Counted from the stretch's first letter, positions 49,395 through 58,275 are shown. The stretch: 64,000 bases of DNA from a virus (IMGVR_UViG_3300027833_000012:112257-176256), one strand, 5' to 3'. Program-made: numbers and translations. Notes: a model not told the origin generated them from the letters alone.

Positions 49395-50759
49395 TTAATC
49401 TACGTAAACTTTAACTTCTCTCTTTTCTTTATATTTTTCATCACCAATAAACATAATGACTTCACATTCATAAATATTCTCATCTGCGTTTTTTAAAGAT
49501 AATAAATTAATTTTATGTGGACCATTCTTATTAACTTTAAGACTTTTTATTAAAACACCAGTTAAAGACCTTTTTATAACCTTACCAAAATATTTTTCAC
49601 CTTCATATAATTTAACATTATTTTTTACGAAGTATTTATTAGTTAATTCATATCTAACTTCCATATTAACCCTGTACAATTCTTTAAAGGTATGTGGTTC
49701 AGACCCGTCAATAATATCACCACTTCTAGAATTAAAATATTTTGTAAGTATGTTTTGTAAAGCAAAAAAACCTTGAGGGTTTTTACCAGTTATTAAATCC
49801 CAAAAAGTAGGTTTTTTTGAAAAAGCATTTCTTAAGTTTGGACTTTGTAACGCTAGTTTCATTGCTTCACTTTTACTTAACTTTTTAACCTCACCTTCTA
49901 CTGAATCTTTATCATTTTTAAATTCTTTTTCTTCAGGTGATACATTTGATTCATCAAAAGCTACAATACCGTTAATTGTAAATGGTTCTTTATTTTTTTC
50001 ACCATCATCATTAGTGGTATTTAAATACCTATTCATCTTTATTGTGAATTTATAAGAATCGTTAGAAGTGTCTAACTCAACATTTTCAGTTGAAGCATCG
50101 AACTCTAAGTCAGAATCAACCAATTCACTGTAACCCCTAGCACCCTTACCCTTAGTTGTAACTAACTCTAGGTTTGTAAATTTTGAACCAGAATTAATAA
50201 CAGTAAAATACAATTCACTATCATCATCTAATGTGAATTTATAACTACTACCATCTTTCATAGAGTTTAATTCTCTAACTAATTCCTCTAACTCTGGTGT
50301 GACTTCTTTTTTATCATCAACTTTATTATCAGCTTTATTATCAGCTTCTTCTTCAGGGTCTATAATATCTATTGTAGTTTTAGGATTTTTAAGTTTGTCG
50401 TAAATTTCTATTTTTTCTATATTACGCTCTTTCTTTTCATTCCATTGTCTTACATCCCCAATTTTACTAAGTTCTTTTTGTTTATGGATGTATTTTACAG
50501 TTAATTCATTACCTATTAAATCGCTAGGTGTGAAAAAATAAATGTTATTACTATTTACTGTACCAATATCAACACTTTCCATTCTAACTTGGTTTCCAAC
50601 ATTATCTAATACCCTAAATTTTAGTTGATTCGCATTTTCTTTAGTTATAACGATTATATCACCCTTATCTAAATTAGGAACAACTTTATTTATTTTATCT
50701 TCTAAAATTAAAGATTCTATTAATTTTAATTGGTTTTCATTTATTTTTATCTTTCTCAT
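49395..50759 (-). CDS. Hypothetical protein, possible head-internal protein
   Basis: N-terminus MRKIKINENQLKLIESLILE resembles leader peptides common in jumbo-phage head proteins. Confidence 0.5.
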   Translation of the reverse strand: MRKIKINENQLKLIESLILEDKINKVVPNLDKGDIIVITKENANQLKFRVLDNVGNQVRMESVDIGTVNSNNIYFFTPSDLIGNELTVKYIHKQKELSKIGDVRQWNEKKERNIEKIEIYDKLKNPKTTIDIIDPEEEADNKADNKVDDKKEVTPELEELVRELNSMKDGSSYKFTLDDDSELYFTVINSGSKFTNLELVTTKGKGARGYSELVDSDLEFDASTENVELDTSNDSYKFTIKMNRYLNTTNDDGEKNKEPFTINGIVAFDESNVSPEEKEFKNDKDSVEGEVKKLSKSEAMKLALQSPNLRNAFSKKPTFWDLITGKNPQGFFALQNILTKYFNSRSGDIIDGSEPHTFKELYRVNMEVRYELTNKYFVKNNVKLYEGEKYFGKVIKRSLTGVLIKSLKVNKNGPHKINLLSLKNADENIYECEVIMFIGDEKYKEKREVKVYVD

Positions 50760-50791
50760 GATATTGCTACTTTACTATAAATAGTTAATAA

Positions 50792-50827
50792 AACAAAAAA
50801 AATACCTAACAGATTAGCTAGGTATTT
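50792..50827 (-). terminator. Terminator after tail chaperone downstream frame
   Basis: mRNA AAAUACCUAGC-UAAUCU-GUUAGGUAUUU followed by U-tract, overlapping the stop at 50814. Confidence 0.7.
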
Positions 50828-51092
50828 CTCCATTTTTTAATTTACTCTTAAGCATTTGCCCACTAACCCTAGTATTTCTACTACCCTTTGAGTTACTACT
50901 TGTTGATTTATTCGATTGTTCCTCCATCACCTCTTTTTTCCTCTCATTTTCATTCATAAAAAGTTGAAGGTAATATCTTCTCTCATGGGTTGGCATACTA
51001 AGTATATCTTGGTAACCAAAACCTAAGTGTTTTGTACATGCATATATCTCTTCTAATAAGAATTTCTTATAAGATGGTGTCAGGCCAAAAAA
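50814..51092 (-). CDS. Tail chaperone extension (gpT-like) frame, probably reached by frameshift; annotated 60-aa ORF is its 3' part
   Basis: +1 frame open from the U7 run: FFGLTPSYKKFLLEEIYACTKHLGFGYQDILSMPTHERRYYLQLF...; first ATG only 32 codons in. Confidence 0.65.
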   Translation of the reverse strand, partial: FFGLTPSYKKFLLEEIYACTKHLGFGYQDILSMPTHERRYYLQLFMNENERKKEVMEEQSNKSTSSNSKGSRNTRVSGQMLKSKLKNGEIPS

Positions 51093-52263
51093 AGTTGAGG
51101 TTAAGGGGAAGAAACGTTTTTATAGACCCACCTCCAGGAGTCTTAACATCGATTCTTAAATCAATGCCACATTCAAGCGTCTGAACAAATGCTCTTAGCT
51201 TTTGAACTTCTAGAGTTCTAATATTTTTAACATATTCTGAAATAAACCCTTTATCTCTATTACCATCAACTTCCACTATTTGACTTTCAAGAACATAAGT
51301 GTTTTCATTATTAATTAATTCTCCAGAATCCTTATCATCCTCTATTAATTTCTCAATAGCCTCAACCTCACCAACATTAAGTAATTTAATTTTCAATTGT
51401 GTTCCACTTAAAGGCATTTTAAAATCAAATAAACCTTCAGAATCTGGGTCAGCCTCTAACTCAACAGTTTTTAACTCATTTAAATCAACTATAGTATCAA
51501 ATGGTATACCATTTTTATCTGTAACTTGAATAGGGTATTTTTCACCGTAACCAGTAGCTCTAAGCCATATCATAATAGCATTCCTATCACCAGTATGTAA
51601 ATCTTTATAACGTAAACCTGGTTCTAATAATTTTCTATTAATTAAAATTTCAAGAAAATCACCACTTTCAATCAAATTAGGTGATGTAAGTATATTTTCA
51701 TCAGCCGTTGTAAGGTAAGCAACCTTAACAGATTTTTTCTTATTTGGATAAGTTTTTCCTCTAGACGGTAAAGGAATAACATCAAAAGCTTGATTCATTT
51801 GTGGTTGACTTATTTTCTCAATGTAAGGGTCGTAATCAACAACCTTTTCTTCTTTAGTATATTGAGTTGTACTAACTTGCCTCTCCACAACATCCGAGCT
51901 TCTCATATTAGTTGAATTCTCAACATAATTAGCTTCATCTCCATAAGCATATGGGTTTGAATTTGCTCTTGGTTTTTCACTTTCTTTCTTCTTAGTAAAT
52001 CTCCTATCAATTTCTTCAGCTTTAAGTTGGTCTTGTTTCAACTTTTCCTCACGAATCCTAATTTGCTCTTCAGTATTTTTTTTCATCTGTAAAGCCGCTG
52101 ACTCTTCACCAGAAGAAATAGTCCCACTATAATCACCTTTAGATATTCTTTCCCTATTTTCTTCCTCATATTGTCTAGCAATCCTAGTACCATTCTCATT
52201 AGCCTGGTTAATCATATTACTACTATTATTTTTAGGAAATACGTTTGGTTTTTTTTCACTCAT
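51067..52263 (-). CDS. Baseplate hub assembly / tail assembly chaperone (T4 gp26-like) with long N-terminal extension
   Basis: VIPLPSRGKTY, VAYLTTADENILTS, DLHTGDRNAIMIWLRATGYGEKY, ends LNLNFFWP. Confidence 0.75.
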   Translation of the reverse strand: MSEKKPNVFPKNNSSNMINQANENGTRIARQYEEENRERISKGDYSGTISSGEESAALQMKKNTEEQIRIREEKLKQDQLKAEEIDRRFTKKKESEKPRANSNPYAYGDEANYVENSTNMRSSDVVERQVSTTQYTKEEKVVDYDPYIEKISQPQMNQAFDVIPLPSRGKTYPNKKKSVKVAYLTTADENILTSPNLIESGDFLEILINRKLLEPGLRYKDLHTGDRNAIMIWLRATGYGEKYPIQVTDKNGIPFDTIVDLNELKTVELEADPDSEGLFDFKMPLSGTQLKIKLLNVGEVEAIEKLIEDDKDSGELINNENTYVLESQIVEVDGNRDKGFISEYVKNIRTLEVQKLRAFVQTLECGIDLRIDVKTPGGGSIKTFLPLNLNFFWPDTIL

Positions 52264-52326
52264 AATTTTATTATTTAAAACTTATTATTGGTAATTTACT
52301 TAATAAATACAATAAGTAAAGTTTTA

Positions 52327-52358
52327 TTTGCTTATTAAGAATAAAAATAGTAACTTTG
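52327..52358 (+). promoter_or_regulatory. Bacteroidota-type promoter for phosphoesterase
   Basis: TTTG-N20-TAACTTTG, exact consensus. Confidence 0.8.
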
Positions 52359-52375
52359 TATAAAATATAATAATA

Positions 52376-53101
52376 ATGTTAAATAAAGAAAATAATTTTT
52401 GGTTCATAGGTGACACACATGGTAATCATAAGTTAATTATGTATGAAATAAAACAAAAAGACATAAAAAATGTTGATATGTTTCATGTTGGTGATTTTGG
52501 TGTAGGTTTTACTAGTGATTCAAATGAACAGGACCAATTAAATTATTTTAATGGTTTTTTAAAGAAAAGGGGTATAAATTTACATGTTTTTCGTGGTAAT
52601 CATGATAACCCAGATTACTTTAAAGGTAAACATATATTTTCTAATTTAAAATTACATGAAGATTATACTGTATTAGAAATTGAAGGTAAAAAAATACTAG
52701 GTGTTGGTGGTGGTATCAGTATTGACCGTGAACCTAGGAAATTAAACCATAAAAAAATTACATGGTGGGAAGACGAGATTTTTATTTTAGACGAAGATAA
52801 AATAAATGAAATAAGTGGTGTTGATATTTTAATAACCCATACAGCACCATCTTTTTTACCACCAATTAATGCGGATGGTAATTTTCCTTGGATTGTTAAA
52901 CAGTTCGTACCTGATGACCCTAACCTTTTACATGACTTAATTAATGAACGTGAAAATTTAAGTGAGTTACTTCTTTTATTAGAGGATAAAAATAATATAA
53001 AACACCATTTTTATGGTCACTTTCATAGTAATTATATGACATTAATTGATGGTTGTGTACATATATGTTTAGAAATAGGTCAATTTTATGAGTTAAAATA
53101 A
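52376..53101 (+). CDS. Calcineurin-like metallophosphoesterase
   Basis: GDTHG, HVGDFG, RGNHD, ITHTAP, GHFH motifs. Confidence 0.9.
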   Translation: MLNKENNFWFIGDTHGNHKLIMYEIKQKDIKNVDMFHVGDFGVGFTSDSNEQDQLNYFNGFLKKRGINLHVFRGNHDNPDYFKGKHIFSNLKLHEDYTVLEIEGKKILGVGGGISIDREPRKLNHKKITWWEDEIFILDEDKINEISGVDILITHTAPSFLPPINADGNFPWIVKQFVPDDPNLLHDLINERENLSELLLLLEDKNNIKHHFYGHFHSNYMTLIDGCVHICLEIGQFYELK

Positions 53102-53129
53102 AAAAGGTTCCCAAATTGGGAACCTTTTT
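53101..53129. terminator. Bidirectional terminator between convergent phosphoesterase and tail tube genes
   Basis: aaaaa-ggttccca-aat-tgggaacc-ttttt. Confidence 0.9.
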
Positions 53130-53149
53130 ATGTTTATGATATTTCTTTA

Positions 53150-53638
53150 TTAGAATAAAAGTATTGCTCTATCGAAACGTAAATCAGCTGTAATATCAGC
53201 TATTGAATCGTCATCCATAGATAAGTCTCCAAAATTAACTGTTGTAAGCATAGTACCTTGAAGTACCCATTTCTCAATAACAACTCCAGTAGGGTCTAAC
53301 ATTTCAACTTCGATATCTTTTTTATATCCAGCCGCATAACCTTGTCTACCAGTTATAGATTCAGATTGTAAACGAACCCATTCCATAATTGCTTGAGCCG
53401 CAGAAGGACCAATAGGGTCTCTAAACGTTACAGAAATTGCTTCCCAAGTAAATCTACCTATTACCCAAGTAGATGTGTTAAGGAACGGTATTTCTACCTC
53501 ATTTTGATTAATTGATGGTCTAGAAGCAGAAGCTAACCACCATTCTTGAATACCTAATTCTGCTGGAAACCTTAAAAGCCATCTATTCTTTCTTTTTGGT
53601 TCATAAGGTACGGGCATTTTCATTAGTAAATCAGCCAT
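53150..53638 (-). CDS. Tail tube protein (T4 gp19-like)
   Basis: YEPKRKNRW, GRFTWEAISVTFRDPIGPSAAQAIMEW, GYAAGYKKD, LDPTGVVIEKWVLQG. Confidence 0.9.
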   Translation of the reverse strand: MADLLMKMPVPYEPKRKNRWLLRFPAELGIQEWWLASASRPSINQNEVEIPFLNTSTWVIGRFTWEAISVTFRDPIGPSAAQAIMEWVRLQSESITGRQGYAAGYKKDIEVEMLDPTGVVIEKWVLQGTMLTTVNFGDLSMDDDSIADITADLRFDRAILLF

Positions 53639-53681
53639 AGTTTATTGTTTTAGTTTTTTAATTTTATTATTTAATTATAAA

Positions 53682-53708
53682 TATGGGGAAATTAATTATT
53701 TCCCCATA
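53682..53708 (-). terminator. Stem-loop between sheath and tube genes (attenuator/processing site)
   Basis: tatggggaaat-taatt-atttccccata, 11-bp stem. Confidence 0.55.
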
Positions 53709-53718
53709 ATTTATTTAT

Positions 53719-56562
53719 TTATATATCATCGAAGCTTGCTCCAGTGTTCATTACATTGAATTCTACACATATGAATTCTAAAGCGGTAGTTGGTTTTATA
53801 AAAATTCTACCACATAACTCATTTCTATCTATAGATTCAGGACTATTATCTAACACAACTCTAAAGTCAGTAAGACCTCTTTCACTCCTTATATTATCTA
53901 ATATAGGGTTAACTAGTGATAAGAATTGATTTCTTACGATATCATCATTTTGTTCGAATAAAAGTCTAATAGATACAGCTGATATTAATTTTCTAGCTTG
54001 TAATAATAATCTTCTAACGCTAAGTCTATCAAGAGCACTCTCTTTAACTTGTAATGTCTTATTACCCCAAATTTTAATACCTTCAGTAGCCCAAGTTGTA
54101 ACTGGGTTAACTCTACCTTCGTAAAGTGTATCTCTATGTTCTTGGGTTAATTTAGTTCTAGCTTTAACCGCACTAACATCACCTCTTTGTACACCAGCTA
54201 CAGCAAACCAAGGGAATGAAATGTTATCAGTTAATGCAATATTTCTAACTACATCTCTTGTTGGTGGTATGTAAATATTAACACCGTTTTCACTATCTTT
54301 AACCTGTACCCAAGGCCAGTAAGTTGCAGTGTAGTTAGTATCAAACTGTCCATCAAGTGTGTCAATAACATCTTCTGCTAATAAAACATCACCTGAAGCA
54401 TCAGTATCTGGTGTAGTTACAATATAAACTGAATCAGCTCTTTTTTGTTCAACCATTTCTATAGTTTCTTCTACCAATGTTGCATTATCGAAAGTATCAA
54501 TACCTGGTGTTGCCAATACGTTAATATTAACAGATTCTGGGTTTTGTAATGTCCAAATAGCTTCTAAATAAGCGTAATAATCTGAACTAATACCAGCGTC
54601 ACCACTAGTTAAAGCTCTATTTTCAAAATTACCACTAATTAAACCTTCTTGACCTTTAGAACCATTTATAGTGTAAGAATCTCTATTTGTTCTTCTAGTT
54701 CTATAAATATCCCACCCATCAAATCCACCGTAAGGTGCAAATGTAAATTTACGTGAGTAAATCTTTTCATAATCAGTACCTTGAACACCACTCTCATCTC
54801 TAAACTCAGCATTACCTGTTTCAAATTCAAAGTTTGGTGTGAATGTATCACCATTAGAGTTCATAACCTCTTCTATATTATCTATAGTAGCACCATTTGC
54901 ATCAATATCCATATGGAAACCTTTAGTGAATCCTGTAAGTATTGAAGAATCACCACTTCCTGGTTTACCTTTATAATCGAAGAAATCTTGGTCAATACCC
55001 TTAGTGTTAGATAACCCTAAATAGAATTTTCTCTTATTCTCAAAAACATCATAGTTTTTCTTATACTCTATTGAAGGAGTTTGAACTGATGTGTTAGTAT
55101 TACTTTGGTAATCTCTTGTAGGGAACCCTACGAAACCAGCTGGGAAAGCATCTGAAGTATCAGACTCTTCATCCAACTCAACAAGTACGTAATTTGATTT
55201 AGATTCAAATTCACCATCAAGTGTACCTATTTTTCTAGATATGAAATTTCTAGAAGATGGGTCCATTGAACACCTAGTGAATCTTTCTAATACGATTGGT
55301 TTAGCGTCAGTATCACCATAAGCTCTTATCTCAACGTCAAATTCTCTATCATCTAATCTAATGTTTTTAATAGAAATTTTAAATTGTTTATTTGCAGCGT
55401 TACCATCAGATATTGTCCAAAGTCTAAATAATCTAAGTAAGTTAGTACCTCTTAATTCAGAAACAACCCACGGGGTAACCGCTGGTTGGTATTCTTCTTT
55501 ATAATTTGAAAATTCATCGTTATATTGTACAAATGAAGAAATATTAATACCTCTTACTTTATTATCGTTAACTAAATCTTTAAACATGTTTTCAAAAATC
55601 TCTTCAACATATAATGAAGTTTTACCATCTTGAGCACCTCTACCTAATACTCTAGTTATGTAGTTCTTTTTAGTTCTATCAAAAGATAGTGAATAACTAA
55701 ACGCACCACTATTACTTGAAGTACCTTCTAAAGTGAAATCACCCTTCGGGTCAGAACTAGCATCAGTTGCTGTAGAATTAAAATTAATATCAGAACTATT
55801 TTCTATATCAAAATTAAGGATTTCATCACCATCATATTTAGCTCTACTCTTAAGTAATGCTACTATTTTATTATCAACATCTGAATAACCCTCACCAGTG
55901 TACTGTATAGTAGTACCCGAAGCTGTCCCAGTTATATTACCGTCTACGTCAGTAGTAGTAGAAGTTACATATAAATCCATAGATGCCCCAACAAACTGTG
56001 AACCAGTCTTAGTGAATTTTTGACCTATATTGACACTAGTACCAGTAGCAGATGTAGGTAAAAAACTTAAATCAGTGTCTAATAAACCATCATCAAAAAG
56101 TGTTTGAACTACAGGGTCAGCAGAAACTACTGATGATATTAAACCATCTGATGTTGCTGAAAATGTTATTAACGGGTCATAGTCAGTTGATGCTTGTGAT
56201 TCAACTATAGTAGTTGAGTCCAAACCTGAATCTAATGTTATACCCCAAGATAAACCACCATCAAATCCAGAAAATCCAAGTACTCTTGTTACGAATAATT
56301 GATTTGATTCTGAAAGATATGATTTAGCAATATAAGGTAACTCATATTTAGGTGCCCCAGTATCTTTTACTTTTGTAGCATTTAAACCACCGAAGAAATT
56401 TCTAAATTCATCATAGTTTCTAACAAAAATAGGTTGAAATGCTGGACCTTGAGTTGTCTCCCCGACAACACCAAGAGTTGTTACCCCCACTTGTCTTGTT
56501 ACAAATGTTAGGTCATTTTCTGATGTATACACACCAGGACTTACGAATACTTTATCAGCCAT
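53719..56562 (-). CDS. Tail sheath protein (T4 gp18-like)
   Basis: FVSPGVYTSEND, VGETTQGPAF, FAPYGGFDG, NINVLATPG, YTATYWPW, PWFAVAG..RG, RVNP, IWGNKTLQ, RLSVRRLL, IFIKPTTALEFI. Confidence 0.95.
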   Translation of the reverse strand: MADKVFVSPGVYTSENDLTFVTRQVGVTTLGVVGETTQGPAFQPIFVRNYDEFRNFFGGLNATKVKDTGAPKYELPYIAKSYLSESNQLFVTRVLGFSGFDGGLSWGITLDSGLDSTTIVESQASTDYDPLITFSATSDGLISSVVSADPVVQTLFDDGLLDTDLSFLPTSATGTSVNIGQKFTKTGSQFVGASMDLYVTSTTTDVDGNITGTASGTTIQYTGEGYSDVDNKIVALLKSRAKYDGDEILNFDIENSSDINFNSTATDASSDPKGDFTLEGTSSNSGAFSYSLSFDRTKKNYITRVLGRGAQDGKTSLYVEEIFENMFKDLVNDNKVRGINISSFVQYNDEFSNYKEEYQPAVTPWVVSELRGTNLLRLFRLWTISDGNAANKQFKISIKNIRLDDREFDVEIRAYGDTDAKPIVLERFTRCSMDPSSRNFISRKIGTLDGEFESKSNYVLVELDEESDTSDAFPAGFVGFPTRDYQSNTNTSVQTPSIEYKKNYDVFENKRKFYLGLSNTKGIDQDFFDYKGKPGSGDSSILTGFTKGFHMDIDANGATIDNIEEVMNSNGDTFTPNFEFETGNAEFRDESGVQGTDYEKIYSRKFTFAPYGGFDGWDIYRTRRTNRDSYTINGSKGQEGLISGNFENRALTSGDAGISSDYYAYLEAIWTLQNPESVNINVLATPGIDTFDNATLVEETIEMVEQKRADSVYIVTTPDTDASGDVLLAEDVIDTLDGQFDTNYTATYWPWVQVKDSENGVNIYIPPTRDVVRNIALTDNISFPWFAVAGVQRGDVSAVKARTKLTQEHRDTLYEGRVNPVTTWATEGIKIWGNKTLQVKESALDRLSVRRLLLQARKLISAVSIRLLFEQNDDIVRNQFLSLVNPILDNIRSERGLTDFRVVLDNSPESIDRNELCGRIFIKPTTALEFICVEFNVMNTGASFDDI

Positions 56563-56599
56563 TATTTACTTTTTTTTTTAAGTTATTATATTAAGTTAT

Positions 56600-56628
56600 T
56601 TTATAATAAATATGTTAGTTTATGTCAA
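56600..56628 (-). promoter_or_regulatory. Promoter candidate for sheath operon
   Basis: Minus strand TTGACA-N17-TATAAA overlapping a TATTTAT motif. Confidence 0.5.
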
Positions 56629-56635
56629 AAGTTTT

Positions 56636-56692
56636 TATGGTGTATGTAATACACCATAATTAGTATGATTTTTTTCATACTTTTGTCATACT
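56636..56692. promoter_or_regulatory. Operator region: 10-bp palindrome plus three TCATACT heptads around a TAnnTTTG box
   Basis: tatggtgtat-gta-atacaccata 56636-56658; AGTATGA 56662-68; TCATACT 56675-81 and 56686-92; TACTTTTG 56678-85. Confidence 0.6.
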
Positions 56693-56708
56693 TATTAATA
56701 AAAAGGAT

Positions 56709-56861
56709 ATGAAACGTACTAAAAACTTAAAAATAACCCCATTGACTCATGAAATATTAAAAAAATATTGTGAAGAAAATGGTTTAAAAATGTTCGCATT
56801 TGTTGAAAAGTTAATTAAAGATAAGTGTAAAAAACCTAAAGATATTTATGGTGATGAATAA
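56709..56861 (+). CDS. Ribbon-helix-helix-type DNA-binding protein, 50 aa (not in ORF track)
   Basis: MKRTKNLKITPLTHEILKKYCEENGLKMFAFVEKLIKDKCKKPKDIYGDE*; alternating beta strand then two helices as in Arc/CopG/omega. Confidence 0.65.
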   Translation: MKRTKNLKITPLTHEILKKYCEENGLKMFAFVEKLIKDKCKKPKDIYGDE

Positions 56862-57322
56862 TTAAATGTTTTAATTACTTTATTAAATTCTAATTTATCT
56901 TCATCACTCATATTATCACCAGATATCTTTCTGTAAGGTGTATAGATTATACTTGATAAGGTTAACAAACCAAACCTAACCCAACTAATTTCCCATGGTA
57001 AACCGCATCTTTCTATTTCTAAAGAAAATATTTTATCACAAATAAATTTATATTTAAGGTTAGTGGATACGTTATATTTTATGTACATATAATCATGTAT
57101 CATTGCAAATATATCTAAATTAGGCATTATCTTCACATCCTTCAATATAGTTGTCCCATCAAAATCATCTGGATTAACTATAAAATAATTAAAAGCGTCT
57201 TCGTAAACTTTTATTATATCATCACTAGTTTTATGTTCTTTTAAAAACTTAACCATAAATATTTTAACACTAATTAAGGTGTTCTTATTCGATTTAAAAA
57301 AATCAGATTTACTTCCTAACAT
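56846..57322 (-). CDS. DUF1353/phospholipase A2-like protein
   Basis: FDG...AMIHDYMY...CDKIF..E...G motif spacing. Confidence 0.45.
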   Translation of the reverse strand: MLGSKSDFFKSNKNTLISVKIFMVKFLKEHKTSDDIIKVYEDAFNYFIVNPDDFDGTTILKDVKIMPNLDIFAMIHDYMYIKYNVSTNLKYKFICDKIFSLEIERCGLPWEISWVRFGLLTLSSIIYTPYRKISGDNMSDEDKLEFNKVIKTFNYSSP

Positions 57323-57326
57323 AATT

Positions 57327-57656
57327 TTATCCTTCGTTATTATCTATTAACATATATGATACTGTTAAATCTACGGCATCGGTATCACCACAACTAGCAA
57401 CTAAAGAATCTAAATTATCTAAAGTTAATGTTCCATCTAAAGCTTGAAAAGATGATGATTCTGGTAAAATTAAATCCTTACCTAAATAAAAATCTTCACC
57501 AGAACTATTATCAGTCCAATAAATATCCAATGTAGTTTCACTACTAGTTATATTTGTTGCATGTATAGTCTTTATAAGTATCTTAGTTGACGCACCACTT
57601 GTTATTATTGTTGTATCACTTGTAGTAAGGTGCTTACCTTCGTTTAAATATTCCAT
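57327..57656 (-). CDS. Small beta-sandwich virion/fibre-associated protein
   Basis: 109 aa, all-beta pattern, follows fibre genes. Confidence 0.5.
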   Translation of the reverse strand: MEYLNEGKHLTTSDTTIITSGASTKILIKTIHATNITSSETTLDIYWTDNSSGEDFYLGKDLILPESSSFQALDGTLTLDNLDSLVASCGDTDAVDLTVSYMLIDNNEG

Positions 57657-57658
57657 AA

Positions 57659-58273
57659 TTAATTTTTAATTTCGTTTTTACTTGGTTTTATTATTTTTAT
57701 TATACCATTTACTAATTCCTCTGTGAAGTATGTTTTTTCTGGTAATCCGTTATTTACAAAACCATTTGTTCCGAGTACCCAGTCAACTAAACCATCTATA
57801 CCATCTTCATCAAATGTTGATATACTATATTTAACATACTTTTCATTAAGTCCCATAGTATTTACACCTAAATCATTTGAATCTAATACAGATAACCTAT
57901 AAGAAGCAAACGCCTTAGCCTTTTCCCACCTATTATGTCTACATTCTTCAGATAATTTACAAAATGTTTCCCAAAAAACTTCTTGTTCTTCATTAGTATA
58001 CAAAGTATCTCTATCTTCTTTACCTACACAAAAATTCTTAATAGCTAAAGTCTTATCATTATCAGAAAGATTACCAAACCCTCCAACGGATATTATATAT
58101 TCTATAGCTAAATTTCTACAAAGTAAATAGTCGTTATTAGTTTCTTTAGGTATTAAGAACCACATTGATACTGAAGTCATATCAGCGTAATCATTATCTA
58201 AAATATCTTTTACTTGGTAAACGTTTTTACCTTGTTCATTACCGTAATATTTACCTATTCTTAAATCACTCAT
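57659..58273 (-). CDS. Hypothetical protein (204 aa)
   Basis: ORF in fibre cluster. Confidence 0.55.
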   Translation of the reverse strand: MSDLRIGKYYGNEQGKNVYQVKDILDNDYADMTSVSMWFLIPKETNNDYLLCRNLAIEYIISVGGFGNLSDNDKTLAIKNFCVGKEDRDTLYTNEEQEVFWETFCKLSEECRHNRWEKAKAFASYRLSVLDSNDLGVNTMGLNEKYVKYSISTFDEDGIDGLVDWVLGTNGFVNNGLPEKTYFTEELVNGIIKIIKPSKNEIKN

Positions 58274-58275
58274 AT

